A DNA stretch of 64,000 bases, taken from NCBI GenBank assembly GCA_965214095.1, contig OZ243938.1, positions 3,776,001 through 3,840,000 on the forward strand. Direction: 5' to 3'. The notes under the pieces are model-generated. The model was not told the DNA's origin and did not search any database. It saw only the letters and a list, made by a program, of their open reading frames with translations. Every line of letters begins with the position of its first letter. Position 1 is the first letter of the stretch. Shown piece by piece: positions 19,209 to 29,621 of the stretch. Made by a program: the position numbers and the translations under genes. Source of the DNA: Candidatus Poribacteria bacterium. Lineage in GTDB: Bacteria; Poribacteria; WGA-4E; WGA-3G.

Positions 19209-20453
19209 ATGAAAAAGTTCCTAATTATAGTAATAGGACTAACACTGATTACCCCGTATGTACAAGCAGAAATTACTTATAGCGATGACATTGCACCGAT
19301 AATCCAACGGGAGTGTCAATCATGCCACAGGCAGGGTGAAGTTGCCCCGTTTGCACTCACTGACTACCAAGATGCAAAAGCGTGGGCAACGGAGATAGCA
19401 GAATACACGAAAGCCCGTCTGATGCCGCCTTGGAAACCGGCAGAGGGATTCGGTCATTTCAAGAATGAACGTCGTTTGACCGAAAAAGAGATACAGATGC
19501 TTACCGATTGGGCAGAAGCAGGCGCGCCAGCAGGTGACTTGTCCAAAACACCGCCAAATCCAAAGTTCCATGATGGTTGGAAACTCGGTGACCCTGACCA
19601 TATCGTTGAAATGCCAGTGGAATATGAGATTGAACCAGAAGGCGAGGACGAATATCGCCACTTCATCATACCTACAGACTTTGACACAGACATGTATGTA
19701 CAGGCAGTAGATGTGCAGCCGGGCAATCGTAAGACGGTACACCATGTCATTCTCTATTTAGACACGCAAGGACAAGGACGTGCACGTGCAGCGAAAGACC
19801 CGAAACCAGGATATGTGACAGAAGGCACAGGTCCAGGTATTGACATAGCAGGTTCACTCGGTGGATGGGCACCCGGTCTTCAACCTTATGTATTGCCAGA
19901 AGGTGTTGGGTATCTGTTGCCGAAGGGTGCTGATATTGTGATGCAGGTGCACTACTACCGCACCGGACACATTGAGCGTGACCAATCGCGTGTTGGTTTA
20001 TACTTCAATAAGACCGAGAAGACAGCACCGCTACTGATTGCTTCAGCGATTAATAGCAAATTCATAATTCCTGCAGGTGAGAAGAAATTTACCGTTCAAG
20101 CTTCCAGACGTGTGAAAAGGGATGCTTATCTGTTGGCTACGATGCCGCATATGCATCTGTTGGGACGTGATATGAAGATTATAGCAACGCCACCGACGGG
20201 TGATCCGATTGACCTTATTTGGATTCAGGATTGGGATTTCAATTGGCAGGACATTTACTACTTCCAAAAGCCGATTTTCTTACCGGCTGGTACAAATGTG
20301 TCGCTTGTTGCGCACTTTGACAATTCCGCAAGCAATCCCGCAAATCCGCATAATCCGCCAGTCCCAGTAGGATGGGGTGACAAAACGACGGATGAGATGT
20401 GTATTGGGTTTTTGTATTTAGTTGATGCGAATGAGTATCAACCGGTGGAGTAG
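19209..20453 (+). CDS. Secreted copper type II (ascorbate-dependent) monooxygenase-like protein with a CxxCH heme motif
   Basis: Signal peptide, CQSCH, VHHV, QVHY, PHMH, WDFNWQ, DEMC. Confidence 0.85.
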   Translation: MKKFLIIVIGLTLITPYVQAEITYSDDIAPIIQRECQSCHRQGEVAPFALTDYQDAKAWATEIAEYTKARLMPPWKPAEGFGHFKNERRLTEKEIQMLTDWAEAGAPAGDLSKTPPNPKFHDGWKLGDPDHIVEMPVEYEIEPEGEDEYRHFIIPTDFDTDMYVQAVDVQPGNRKTVHHVILYLDTQGQGRARAAKDPKPGYVTEGTGPGIDIAGSLGGWAPGLQPYVLPEGVGYLLPKGADIVMQVHYYRTGHIERDQSRVGLYFNKTEKTAPLLIASAINSKFIIPAGEKKFTVQASRRVKRDAYLLATMPHMHLLGRDMKIIATPPTGDPIDLIWIQDWDFNWQDIYYFQKPIFLPAGTNVSLVAHFDNSASNPANPHNPPVPVGWGDKTTDEMCIGFLYLVDANEYQPVE

Positions 20454-20462
20454 TGGATAATT

Positions 20463-20493
20463 TTGTAGGCGCGCATTGTGAGCGTGCCTACAA
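20463..20493. terminator. GTAG-type hairpin between convergent genes
   Basis: TTGTAGGCGCGC-attgtga-GCGTGCCTACAA. Confidence 0.55.
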
Positions 20494-20503
20494 GATGGTC
20501 CTA

Positions 20504-21187
20504 TCATCCCATCTTCCTTCCAACAAAATAAACCGCAGAAGCTAAGATATGCGAATGTGGATGCAACATCAACAATGAATCTAACCACACCAATGGAAAC
20601 GTCAACCACCCAACGAAGAGAGAGATAGCCTTCGCAAGCAATAGACTCCCAAAAGAGCAGACAAGACCGACATACTCACGGAAAATCCAATGAAGCGCAG
20701 CAGTTGGTCCAGCACATGCCCCACTTTCAACTTCATCAAACTGAGAGAATAACGCAGCAAATCCTGTTGTCGTCCACCGTTGATAATCGTGTGGAGAGGC
20801 GTGGTAACCTTGTAGAAACGGAACGGCAGCACAGACATATCCATCCGGTTTCAGCACACGATGTACCTCCGCGACGACTTGTTGCGGATTGCTAACATGT
20901 TCCAGTACTGCTTCAGAGATGACCGCATCCAAAGAGTTATCAGCGAAAGGCAGGTTGTGTCCATCACCGACGATGTCTACTGTGGGGGTTGGTTCAATTT
21001 CAAGGTTGATAACATTCGGGGCGCGACGGTGCATGCCAGAACCGAGATCCAGAATCTTCGCTTCTGGACCAAGTTCTCGTATAATGCGTTTGACAGATTT
21101 ATTCCAATGAGGAGCGGGATAAGGGCATCCCATTAGGGGGGCTAAAAATCTGTGTTGTCGTAATCGGTTTTTGATCCGATCAATCAT
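20504..21187 (-). CDS. Class I SAM-dependent methyltransferase (type 11-like)
   Basis: ILDLGSG, LPF.D.S.D, VLEHV, RVLKPDG. Confidence 0.88.
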   Translation of the reverse strand: MIDRIKNRLRQHRFLAPLMGCPYPAPHWNKSVKRIIRELGPEAKILDLGSGMHRRAPNVINLEIEPTPTVDIVGDGHNLPFADNSLDAVISEAVLEHVSNPQQVVAEVHRVLKPDGYVCAAVPFLQGYHASPHDYQRWTTTGFAALFSQFDEVESGACAGPTAALHWIFREYVGLVCSFGSLLLAKAISLFVGWLTFPLVWLDSLLMLHPHSHILASAVYFVGRKMG

Positions 21188-21242
21188 GGTTAATGTCTAA
21201 CTACAACAAAGACAGGGTCAATACGTTGACCGCCATCACTGC

Positions 21243-21785
21243 TTAGGTTTGTGGAAATTGGACATTCGCTTCATCCGCTGCATTTACCAAATCTCTCACG
21301 ATCAGCATAGTAAGTTGTGCTACTTTCCGAGAAAATTCCGCATCGGAAATCGTCCGATAGCGGCCGGGTTGTGCGGAAGTCAGTCGTTCATTCGCTATTG
21401 TCAACGCGCCTGTGACAAGTTCCCATGAAGCATCAATCTGTTCAATACTTTCTTGTGCTTCAATAATATCTACGTCAATACTCTCTTGATTCTCATCGTC
21501 TGCTGTGGTTAGATCACCTGTCAAAAGACGTTGGCGATTTTCATTGATTGCATCAAGCACTTGTTTTGCAGCGAACTGATGAGCCCCTTTCTTCGCACCG
21601 GGAATCGGGTCAATCGTTTCGTGAATTCTGTCTCCGTAATGCACAGTCACCTTCCAACTGGGTGCGTCAGGTGTGCCGTGTCGAGTTTCAGTGAAGCGCG
21701 GTTGACTCAATCCGCGTTCTTGGCAGTATTGTATTAAGAGTCCTTTATAGTTACCATCAGGTTCCACAACGTCCTGAACGGTCAT
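21243..21785 (-). CDS. Stand-alone double-stranded RNA-binding motif (dsRBD) protein
   Basis: YKGLLIQYCQERGLSQPRF...G.PDAPSW.V.V...KKGAHQFAAKQVL matches the DSRM pattern; no RNase III catalytic domain. Confidence 0.72.
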   Translation of the reverse strand: MTVQDVVEPDGNYKGLLIQYCQERGLSQPRFTETRHGTPDAPSWKVTVHYGDRIHETIDPIPGAKKGAHQFAAKQVLDAINENRQRLLTGDLTTADDENQESIDVDIIEAQESIEQIDASWELVTGALTIANERLTSAQPGRYRTISDAEFSRKVAQLTMLIVRDLVNAADEANVQFPQT

Positions 21786-21806
21786 ATTCTTCCTCCTAGA
21801 ACTGCT

Positions 21807-22028
21807 CTATCTGCTGTTGTCGTAGCGGGGACGGTATTCTGTTGTTCTGGGTTTGACCTTACGTTGACGTTTCAGTTCAATTCTACGCCGTTTTTCACTC
21901 GGTTTTTCATAAAAACTGCGTTTCTTAATTTCCGTAACAACTCCCGCTTTACCACACATTTTTTTAAATCTTGCAAGTGCTCTATCAAAAGATTCCTCTG
22001 AAGAAACAGTAACTTCTACTTGTACCAT
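21807..22028 (-). CDS. rpsU: 30S ribosomal protein S21
   Basis: ESFDRALARFKK...EIKKRSFYEKPSEKRR. Confidence 0.95.
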   Translation of the reverse strand: MVQVEVTVSSEESFDRALARFKKMCGKAGVVTEIKKRSFYEKPSEKRRRIELKRQRKVKPRTTEYRPRYDNSR

Positions 22029-22061
22029 TTTCATATCCTCCTAATGTATAATTGCTACAAT

Positions 22062-22151
22062 ATTATAGCATGTCCGAGGCTGGATGTCAACTTTTTTTGG
22101 CAACTTTGGCAACTACCAGACTTGACACGGTATATACCCTCATGCTAAAAT
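22062..22151. promoter_or_regulatory. Back-to-back sigma70 promoters for rpsU (-) and rimI (+)
   Basis: Minus strand TTGACA(22090)-17-TATAAT(22067); plus strand TTGACA(22122)-18-TAAAAT(22146). Confidence 0.7.
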
Positions 22152-22157
22152 GCCGTA

Positions 22158-22622
22158 ATGATGATAGATAAGCCAATGCCTGATGTATTTATTGAACGGA
22201 TGCAATCTAAAGACTTAAAACAGGTGATGAAAATAGAGACAGAGGCATTTCCTGATCCGTGGCACGTGTCCTTTTTCAAGAGACAACTGCATCCTCGGAA
22301 GAAACACATGCATCTATATGTTGCGCGGTTATCTGAAAAAGTTATTGGGTATATTGTGTTTTACATTAATTTCGGTGAAGCACATATAATGAATATCGCA
22401 GTGGATAAAACGTATAGGCGGCAGGGTGTGGCAAAATATCTGTTTGACTATGCTTTTGAGATCATCAAGACGAACGCTGCAGAAGTGATATTCCTTGAAG
22501 TCGCTGACAATAACACCGCGGCACTGCAACTTTATCGGCAATACGGTTTTGAGGTATACGGCAAACGAAAAAGATATTATCGCAACGGTGGAGATGCTTA
22601 CGTGATGCGAAAGGAAATCTAA
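22158..22622 (+). CDS. rimI: Ribosomal-protein-alanine N-acetyltransferase
   Basis: EAHIMNIAV, RRQGVA, FLEV, LY...GF, RKRYY...DAYVM. Confidence 0.88.
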   Translation: MMIDKPMPDVFIERMQSKDLKQVMKIETEAFPDPWHVSFFKRQLHPRKKHMHLYVARLSEKVIGYIVFYINFGEAHIMNIAVDKTYRRQGVAKYLFDYAFEIIKTNAAEVIFLEVADNNTAALQLYRQYGFEVYGKRKRYYRNGGDAYVMRKEI

Positions 22623-22706
22623 AAGTTATCATATAAATCTGATGTTAGGACGGTAATAATGGATGGACACAGAGACCCATCCCAACAATGATGGAGGTAT
22701 GAATCT

Positions 22707-23498
22707 ATGATATTTGATATTGCACGAAACGCTTTTCATGCGACACCTAACGGACAGACGCTTTCTCTTTCAATACGGAGACAGGAGGCGCGGACTGTCG
22801 GTAGACACGGATGGCGAATTATTGAGGAGGAAGTGGACTGGCAAACAGATGAAACTGCTATTATTGTGGTGGACATGTGGAATAAACATTGGTCGTGGGG
22901 AGCAACTGAACGGGTGAACATTATGGCACCTCGGATGAACATTGTGCTGCAACGTGCCAGACAGCGTGGTGTGCAGATAATCCATGCCCCGTCTGATACG
23001 ATGGATTTCTACGAGGAGCATCCCGCACGCATCGCCATGCAGCAGTTTCCACATGCTGACCCACCTGAGCAACGTGAAATGCCCGATCCCCCACAACCTG
23101 TTGATGCCTCTGATGGCGGTTCAGACACTGGTGAAGCGAACAGTTACAAAGCATGGCACCGGCAACACCCAGCCATAGAAATTGATGACGGTGATGTGAT
23201 CAGTGATAACGGTCAGGAGGTATATAACTTACTTGCTGATAAAGGCATTCAGAACCTGATATTTATGGGAGTTCATACGAATATGTGTGTGTTGGGTCGT
23301 TCCTTTGCTATTAAGCCGATGGTAAAGTGGGGTTTCAACGTGGTCCTAGCCCGTGATCTGACAGATGCGATGTATAATCCATTCAAACCGCCTTATGTTA
23401 GTCATGAAGACGGAACGCGTCTCATCATTGAATATATTGAAAAGTTCTGGTGTCCTACGATATTGAGCGGTGACCTTACTACACCTGAGCCGGAATAA
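22707..23498 (+). CDS. Isochorismatase/cysteine hydrolase family protein
   Basis: TAIIVVDMW, IIHAPS, GVHTNMCV. Confidence 0.82.
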   Translation: MIFDIARNAFHATPNGQTLSLSIRRQEARTVGRHGWRIIEEEVDWQTDETAIIVVDMWNKHWSWGATERVNIMAPRMNIVLQRARQRGVQIIHAPSDTMDFYEEHPARIAMQQFPHADPPEQREMPDPPQPVDASDGGSDTGEANSYKAWHRQHPAIEIDDGDVISDNGQEVYNLLADKGIQNLIFMGVHTNMCVLGRSFAIKPMVKWGFNVVLARDLTDAMYNPFKPPYVSHEDGTRLIIEYIEKFWCPTILSGDLTTPEPE

Positions 23499-23627
23499 TC
23501 TATTCTCTCGTTTTAGTTCTACACACCCTAACGCAAAATATACTGGTAAATACGGGAATCTTCTAACACTGTCTGAACCAGGATTTTCAGGATTACTTGG
23601 TGAATGTCGGACGCGCATTTACGAAGT

Positions 23628-23691
23628 GCAATTCATCGTGCCTCGGACATTCACAACGACTAACAAAGCTCCAAATTCGACTTTAACTTTT
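23628..23691 (+). repeat. REP-like family A copy
   Basis: GCAATTCATCGTGCCTCGGACATTCAC...; reverse complement closely matches 26559-26620. Confidence 0.75.
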
Positions 23692-23815
23692 AGAGTCGGT
23701 CTCACATAATATCCTAGCAGACTATTTGACTCAACCTTATTGAAATAAATCTGTCAAAAACAACGCGCAATTTCGTGAACATTATATCCTAAAATATAGA
23801 GTATTTGCTGTAGCG

Positions 23816-23898
23816 TATACCATTTCCATTAATGATATTCTCTCTTGAAAAGGCTTTAAGAGGCATAATGAATTGTGCCACTACGAACGGTCTATTTC
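23816..23898 (-). repeat. REP-like family A copy (degenerate)
   Basis: TATACCATTTCC...GAGGCATAATGAATTGTGCCACTACGAACGGTCTATTTC. Confidence 0.7.
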
Positions 23899-23960
23899 GT
23901 AAAAGGAAGATATTCAGAGAAATGATGTTGTATTCCATATTGAAATAGATAGAGAAGAGA

Positions 23961-25331
23961 ATGTCCAAAAAAGGGAATCACCAACTAAGAAACTTTGGGT
24001 TCGCACTGCTTCAAGGCACCTTCATGCGTATCAACCTTGCTTTTGTGGATGCGTCAACGGTGCTTTCTGCTTTCGTGCATAAACTCACCGGATCCAATTT
24101 CCTTGTGGGGCTGACTGGCTCAATGATGACAGCCGGTTGGATGTGGCCACAGCTGTTGGTATCTAATCTGCTGGAACATCGTCAGCGTAAGATGCCATAT
24201 TATGCAATCGGGATGGGTATGCGTGTGTTCGCGTGGCTGGCTATATTCTTTTGCACTGTAAGAATTGGCGCGCAAAATCCGATTCTACTCGTAGCCTGCT
24301 TTTTAGGATTCTACTTTTTATCTTCCTCAGCTATGGGTGTTTCAACGCTCCCCTATATGGACATCATCTCTAAATCTATAGCACCAAATCGGCGTGCACG
24401 CTTTTTCAGCCTAAGACAAGTATGCGGTGGATTTTTTGGTATATGGGTAGGATTTTTTGTGCGTGCCGTGCTTGTGAAAGAGGATGAATTTAATGGTGTT
24501 TTTGGATGGATTACACAAAGTTTCAGAACAATAACGATGTATGTCATCAGTTCCATCTTTCAGATAGAGACTGAACTTGTGTTCCCATCAAATTACTCTG
24601 TCCTCTTTATCTGTTCTGTGCTTGCAGCCTTTCTATCTTTTGTCAGTTTCTTGGGAATACGTGAACCCATTCATCCTGTTAATGCGAAGCGTATACCTAT
24701 GTGGGAGCACTTAAAACAGGGACCTCATTTCTTACGGACAGATAAGAATTATCGTAGGTTTATATTTTTCCGCATCGGATTGCACCTTGCTGGCATGGGA
24801 ATCCCTTTCTACACACCGTATGCCTTGTATGTATTAGGTGTTCCCGAGTCAACTATTGGTTTTTTCATCGTATGTTCTGCTTTTAGCGGTGTTGTTTCAA
24901 ATGCCATGTGGGGTTATATCGGAGAAAGATACGGCGTGCGATGGTTGCTGATTATCACTGCTGGTTTGATGGCGTTTCCGCCAGCAATCGGGTTCTTTTC
25001 AGGTATAGTTCCAAAGACCTTTATATTACCTGCTTTTTTCTTCCTTTTTGCAATAAGTGGTGTATTGTCAAACGGTATGATGGTTGGATTCATGGCGTAT
25101 ATGTTAAACATAGCACCCCCGCGCAGTCGTCCGAGTTATATCGGTTTTATGAATACTTTGTTATTACCTGCCAGTTTCGCATCTACGATTGGTGGATTAC
25201 TCGTACCGCTTATCGGTCATCAAGGGTTGTTTGCATTATGTTTTTGTATTTGTCTTGTTGCCTTCCGCATTGCTACTGGACTACAGGAGATTATGCATGA
25301 GGATGAGTTTGATGATGCTAGTGAGACGTAG
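23961..25331 (+). CDS. MFS transporter
   Basis: About 12 TM segments; WGYIGERYG motif A-like; AP...RPSY.G. Confidence 0.88.
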   Translation: MSKKGNHQLRNFGFALLQGTFMRINLAFVDASTVLSAFVHKLTGSNFLVGLTGSMMTAGWMWPQLLVSNLLEHRQRKMPYYAIGMGMRVFAWLAIFFCTVRIGAQNPILLVACFLGFYFLSSSAMGVSTLPYMDIISKSIAPNRRARFFSLRQVCGGFFGIWVGFFVRAVLVKEDEFNGVFGWITQSFRTITMYVISSIFQIETELVFPSNYSVLFICSVLAAFLSFVSFLGIREPIHPVNAKRIPMWEHLKQGPHFLRTDKNYRRFIFFRIGLHLAGMGIPFYTPYALYVLGVPESTIGFFIVCSAFSGVVSNAMWGYIGERYGVRWLLIITAGLMAFPPAIGFFSGIVPKTFILPAFFFLFAISGVLSNGMMVGFMAYMLNIAPPRSRPSYIGFMNTLLLPASFASTIGGLLVPLIGHQGLFALCFCICLVAFRIATGLQEIMHEDEFDDASET

Positions 25332-25457
25332 AATTGGGTGCCTAAATGTATATCGTTGCCATCGTTTGATATTTATGGTATTATTATGAAGTAGGTTAAC
25401 ATCGGTAGTGATAGGCACGAGAACCAGATAAATGTATAACAATAGGGATAAGACAAC

Positions 25458-26177
25458 ATGGAAAAGAAAATTGAAAAGTGGAAAAAGTGGTTGAAACATA
25501 TCCGTGATGATGTTGAAATGCTCTCCGAACATCAGAAGATCTTCTCGGACATAAGAGAAATCGTAAGTGATAATCAATATCTCAAAGACCAGAAGGAGAA
25601 TCCATTTGTTAGATTCTTATGGAATACCTATGTCGGGAACACTGCAATCACATTGCGCAGACAAATCAAAAGACACCAAGATAACTCTCTTGTTCAACTG
25701 TTGTATGAAATAAGAAATGACCCCCAATTGCTATCAAGAAAGCATTTTGTGGCTTTATTTTCTTCCACTGAACGTGCTGTAGCAGATACCGTTTTTTCAC
25801 AGGAGTTCTCAGGATTAGATAAGGATCATATTAATCCAGAAGGAGTTGAAAACGATCTATATAAGATAAAAACACTTGGTAAAAAAGTTGAGGATGTCGC
25901 TGACAAGAGGGTCGATCATTACGACGTGCAACCACCGAAAAACGAGCCCAATTTAAGAGATGTGGATGAATGTATTGGCTACCTTGTAGAACTAACAAGA
26001 AAATACTGGTTCTTATTCACGGGTGAAAGGTTACAAAGTGACTTGCTATCTCTTTCTGATGATTGGCAAGAGATATTCCGAGAACCATGGATACCTACTG
26101 ATGACATGTCAAGTATTGATCCTACTGAGTGGTGGAACACTGAGGGGGACAAGGAGTGGGATGAATGGTCTCCGTGA
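25458..26177 (+). CDS. HEPN/AbiU2-like helical protein with an acidic Trp-rich antitoxin-like tail
   Basis: LRRQ..., SL..LL.EI, ADKRVDH (degenerate RxxxxH); tail DPTEWWNTEGDKEWDEW; GTGA overlap with the PemK gene. Confidence 0.55.
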   Translation: MEKKIEKWKKWLKHIRDDVEMLSEHQKIFSDIREIVSDNQYLKDQKENPFVRFLWNTYVGNTAITLRRQIKRHQDNSLVQLLYEIRNDPQLLSRKHFVALFSSTERAVADTVFSQEFSGLDKDHINPEGVENDLYKIKTLGKKVEDVADKRVDHYDVQPPKNEPNLRDVDECIGYLVELTRKYWFLFTGERLQSDLLSLSDDWQEIFREPWIPTDDMSSIDPTEWWNTEGDKEWDEWSP

Positions 26178-26499
26178 AACCAGCAGATGTCGTGATTGCT
26201 GATTTTCCGGGAGTCACAGGGGTTAAGAGACGTCCCGCTGTTGTTCTCTCTACAATAAATTACCATGCTTCCACAGAGACGTAATTCTTGGAGTTATTAC
26301 CACGAATTTGGCTGTTGCGACAACACCTACAGACCATGTAATTGCGGATTGGACAAGAGCAGGACTACGAAGACCGAGTGCGTTCAGAACATTCGTTGTG
26401 ACACTTCCACAGAGAGAACTGATAGTAGTAATTGGACACTTATCAGATTTGGACTGGACTGCTGTAGAAGAGTGTGTACGGAAAGCGATTGCAGTATGA
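26174..26499 (+). pseudogene. PemK/MazF family toxin, frameshifted
   Basis: VKPADVVIADFPGVTGVKRRPAVVLS..., then another frame gives RDVILGVITT...DWTRAGLRRPSAFR...IGHLS; break near 26271. Confidence 0.82.
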
Positions 26500-26545
26500 G
26501 TATCTACAAACTAAATTGAATGAAAATTAGCATAGGTTTTCATGC

Positions 26546-26654
26546 TATACCAATTCTGAAAGTTAAAGTCGCATTAGGATCTTTGTTAGTCATTGTAAAT
26601 GTAAATCGTGCAATGAATTGCGCGACTTAGAACCAGCTATTTCTATAATGGTAT
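26546..26654 (-). repeat. REP-like family A copy with ATACCA...TGGTAT ends
   Basis: TATACCAATTC...GCAATGAATTGCGCGAC...ATGGTAT. Confidence 0.75.
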
Positions 26655-26702
26655 GTTCTCAATTAAGAATAGTATTACTTAGAAACAATGAATTAAAACA
26701 CC

Positions 26703-28106
26703 ATGCCTGCAAACCAACCCAACATTCTCCTCATCATGTCTGATGAACATGCACCGATGTTTAGTGGACCTTATGGACATCCTCTTGTTCAAACACCACA
26801 CATGGATAGACTTGCCGATGATGGGGTAACCTTCACAAATGCCTACTGCAATTCTCCACTCTGCATGCCGTCTCGGATGTCTTTCATGACAGGACAATAT
26901 ATCCATCATATTGGTGCGTGGGACAATGCAGCTCCTTTGCGACCCGATGCTGTCACTTGGGCACATTTATTACGTGATGTTGGTTATGACGTTATGCTCT
27001 CAGGCAAACAGCATTTCGGCGGAATGGATCAGCTGCACGGGTTTCGTGCACAACTTGCACGAGACCTACATGCAGAAAGACAACACGGACTTACGGATTG
27101 GGACAAAGGCACACCGCCGGCTGCACGTCCTTGGCAAGGATTGGTACAAGCAGGACCTGGAACAACCACGGAGATTGAAGTTGATGACCTCGCAGAGGAA
27201 GCGGCACTCACATATCTCCGAGATTCAGCACGGCAGGAACAACCGTGGGCACTCAACGTATCGTTCATTGCACCCCATTTCCCTCTCGTTGTTCCGCAAC
27301 GTTTTTGGGATCTGTATCCACTTGATGAGATTGACCTCCCCAATATACCTGAAGGACACCTTGACAATCAGCATCCAGTCTATCAACGAATGCGTAGCAT
27401 GTTTGGTTGTGTCGATTTTCCGGTGGATTTGGTCCGACGTGCACGTGCAGGATATTATGGGTTGATCACCTATCTTGATGAGAAAATCGGCAATCTACTT
27501 CTAACACTTGAGGAGACAGGGCAGTTGGAGAATACCGTTGTCATCTATACCAGCGACCACGGTGAGATGAACGGTGAACACAGTATGTGGCGTAAATCAA
27601 ATTTTTATGAAGCATCGGCTCGGATTCCACTACAGATTATGTTTCCTGATGGGATATCCGTAGGTAAGCGAACGGATGAAGTTGTTTCACTTGTTGACCT
27701 GACGGCAACGTTGGTTGACATTGCTGGTGGACAGTCTATCGGCAATTTTGATGGCGATAGCCTGATTCCTTTGATAGAAGGCGATGCGACTGATTGGAAA
27801 GATTATGCATTCTCTGAGTATCTTGCGCACGGTGTCCAACGACCGATGGCTATGCTACGAAAGGGACGATACAAATTCAACTACAGTCTCGGTGATCCAC
27901 CAGAACTTTACGATATAAATGAAGATCCGGGTGAATTTCACAATCTTGCGAATGAACCGAAATATCAAGATGTCTGTAGTGAATTGGAAACGCAATTATT
28001 AGCAGAATGGGATCCCGTAGAAATAGAAAAACAGGTGCGTGAGAGTCAGAAGGCACGTATTCTCATTAATAGCGTCACTGATGGAAAATGGAGAAAACTT
28101 GTTTAA
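26703..28106 (+). CDS. Sulfatase (choline-sulfatase-like, Cys-type)
   Basis: PNILLIMSDE, CMPSR (CxPxR), GKQH, SDHGE. Confidence 0.92.
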   Translation: MPANQPNILLIMSDEHAPMFSGPYGHPLVQTPHMDRLADDGVTFTNAYCNSPLCMPSRMSFMTGQYIHHIGAWDNAAPLRPDAVTWAHLLRDVGYDVMLSGKQHFGGMDQLHGFRAQLARDLHAERQHGLTDWDKGTPPAARPWQGLVQAGPGTTTEIEVDDLAEEAALTYLRDSARQEQPWALNVSFIAPHFPLVVPQRFWDLYPLDEIDLPNIPEGHLDNQHPVYQRMRSMFGCVDFPVDLVRRARAGYYGLITYLDEKIGNLLLTLEETGQLENTVVIYTSDHGEMNGEHSMWRKSNFYEASARIPLQIMFPDGISVGKRTDEVVSLVDLTATLVDIAGGQSIGNFDGDSLIPLIEGDATDWKDYAFSEYLAHGVQRPMAMLRKGRYKFNYSLGDPPELYDINEDPGEFHNLANEPKYQDVCSELETQLLAEWDPVEIEKQVRESQKARILINSVTDGKWRKLV

Positions 28107-28133
28107 CTGACCGAATCATTAAAGGAATATTAT

Positions 28134-29552
28134 ATGGCATTATCAGAGAAACATCCAAACCTTATCTATGTTTTTGCAGATCAACTTCGTTATCAAGCAT
28201 GTGGCTATGCTGGAGATACGCGTGCGCACACACCGAACATTGATAAACTTGCTACAGAAGGTGTGGACTTCTGTAATGCAGTTTCTGGTAGTCCGATGTG
28301 TGCACCGTATCGTGCCTCACTCTTCACTGGGAAATATGCCAGTAGCACTGGTATGGCAATCAACGAACTCCGCATGAATCCGAACCATGATTGCTTTGGA
28401 CACGTTTTACACCGGAACGGATATCGGACAAGTTATATCGGCAAATGGCATCTATGGGCAAAGCAGTTGGGTAATCATCACGATCCTCAGAATTCGTATA
28501 TCCCACCTGGACCACATCGTCTCGGTTTTGATAGAGAATGGTCTGCATACAATTTTCATCACACCTATTTTGATACGTATTACCATAAAGACAGTCCAGA
28601 AAAGATTACGATTCCCGGTTATGAGCCAGATGGACAGACAGATTTAGCTATTGAATATCTACAACGGGCATCAAAGGAAGACGATCCATTTGCACTTTTC
28701 CTGTCAATCGGTACACCGCATGACCCTTGGACACAGAATAACGTTCCTGAAGAATACTATGAGACTTTCAGGGATATTGATTTTCCTTTACCACCTAACT
28801 ATAAAGAAGAAAACGATCCTTATGGTGATGCGTGGGCAATGATGAATATGAAAATGCGTGAAAACCTACCAGAATGGATGCGTGTCTATTATGCGATGAC
28901 GACTAACTTGGACTGGAATATCGGTAGATTGATGGGTGCTGTTGATGAACTCGGTTTGAGCGATGATACTATTTTCGTTTTCACATCTGATCATGGTGAG
29001 ATGTTCGGTGCACAGGGACGTAAGGCAAAAAACATCTTTTACGAAGAGGCAGTGCGTATCCCGTTTATTGTCCGATGGTCTAATCAAATTCCAGAAAGTC
29101 ATGTTGCTGATACATGCTTGAATACGCCTGATATTATGCCGACACTTCTGTCAATGATGCATCTGCCGATACCAGCAGATGTTGAGGGTTCAGATCTTAG
29201 TTCAGCTGCGTTTGCTCAACCATTTGATGAACCAGAGGCTGCATTTATGCAAGGTATGGGGTGTACTGCGAAATGGGAAGATGGACATGAATGGCGAGCA
29301 CTCCGATCAAAACAGTATACTTACGCTGTTCACCGTCCGGATGGACACGAGAAACTATTTGATAATGTGGCGGATCCATTCCAAACCCGTAATCTCATTG
29401 ATGAACCAACATCACAGACAGTCCGAGATGATTTCCGTGAGATGTTAAAGCAACGTATGGGTGCTCTGAACGATACTTTTGAGGCATGCACATGGTATCG
29501 GGATAATTGGACAGAAGATAGAGTTATTCTCAGAACAGCAACGTTGGGATAG
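28134..29552 (+). CDS. Sulfatase (Cys-type)
   Basis: PNLIYVFADQ, CAPYR, GKWHL, SDHGE. Confidence 0.92.
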   Translation: MALSEKHPNLIYVFADQLRYQACGYAGDTRAHTPNIDKLATEGVDFCNAVSGSPMCAPYRASLFTGKYASSTGMAINELRMNPNHDCFGHVLHRNGYRTSYIGKWHLWAKQLGNHHDPQNSYIPPGPHRLGFDREWSAYNFHHTYFDTYYHKDSPEKITIPGYEPDGQTDLAIEYLQRASKEDDPFALFLSIGTPHDPWTQNNVPEEYYETFRDIDFPLPPNYKEENDPYGDAWAMMNMKMRENLPEWMRVYYAMTTNLDWNIGRLMGAVDELGLSDDTIFVFTSDHGEMFGAQGRKAKNIFYEEAVRIPFIVRWSNQIPESHVADTCLNTPDIMPTLLSMMHLPIPADVEGSDLSSAAFAQPFDEPEAAFMQGMGCTAKWEDGHEWRALRSKQYTYAVHRPDGHEKLFDNVADPFQTRNLIDEPTSQTVRDDFREMLKQRMGALNDTFEACTWYRDNWTEDRVILRTATLG

Positions 29553-29621
29553 TTCATCTATGTTTTCAATCATGTTTTTAATTACCCAATTTCACTGTGA
29601 AATCCATTTTTCCGAACATTT

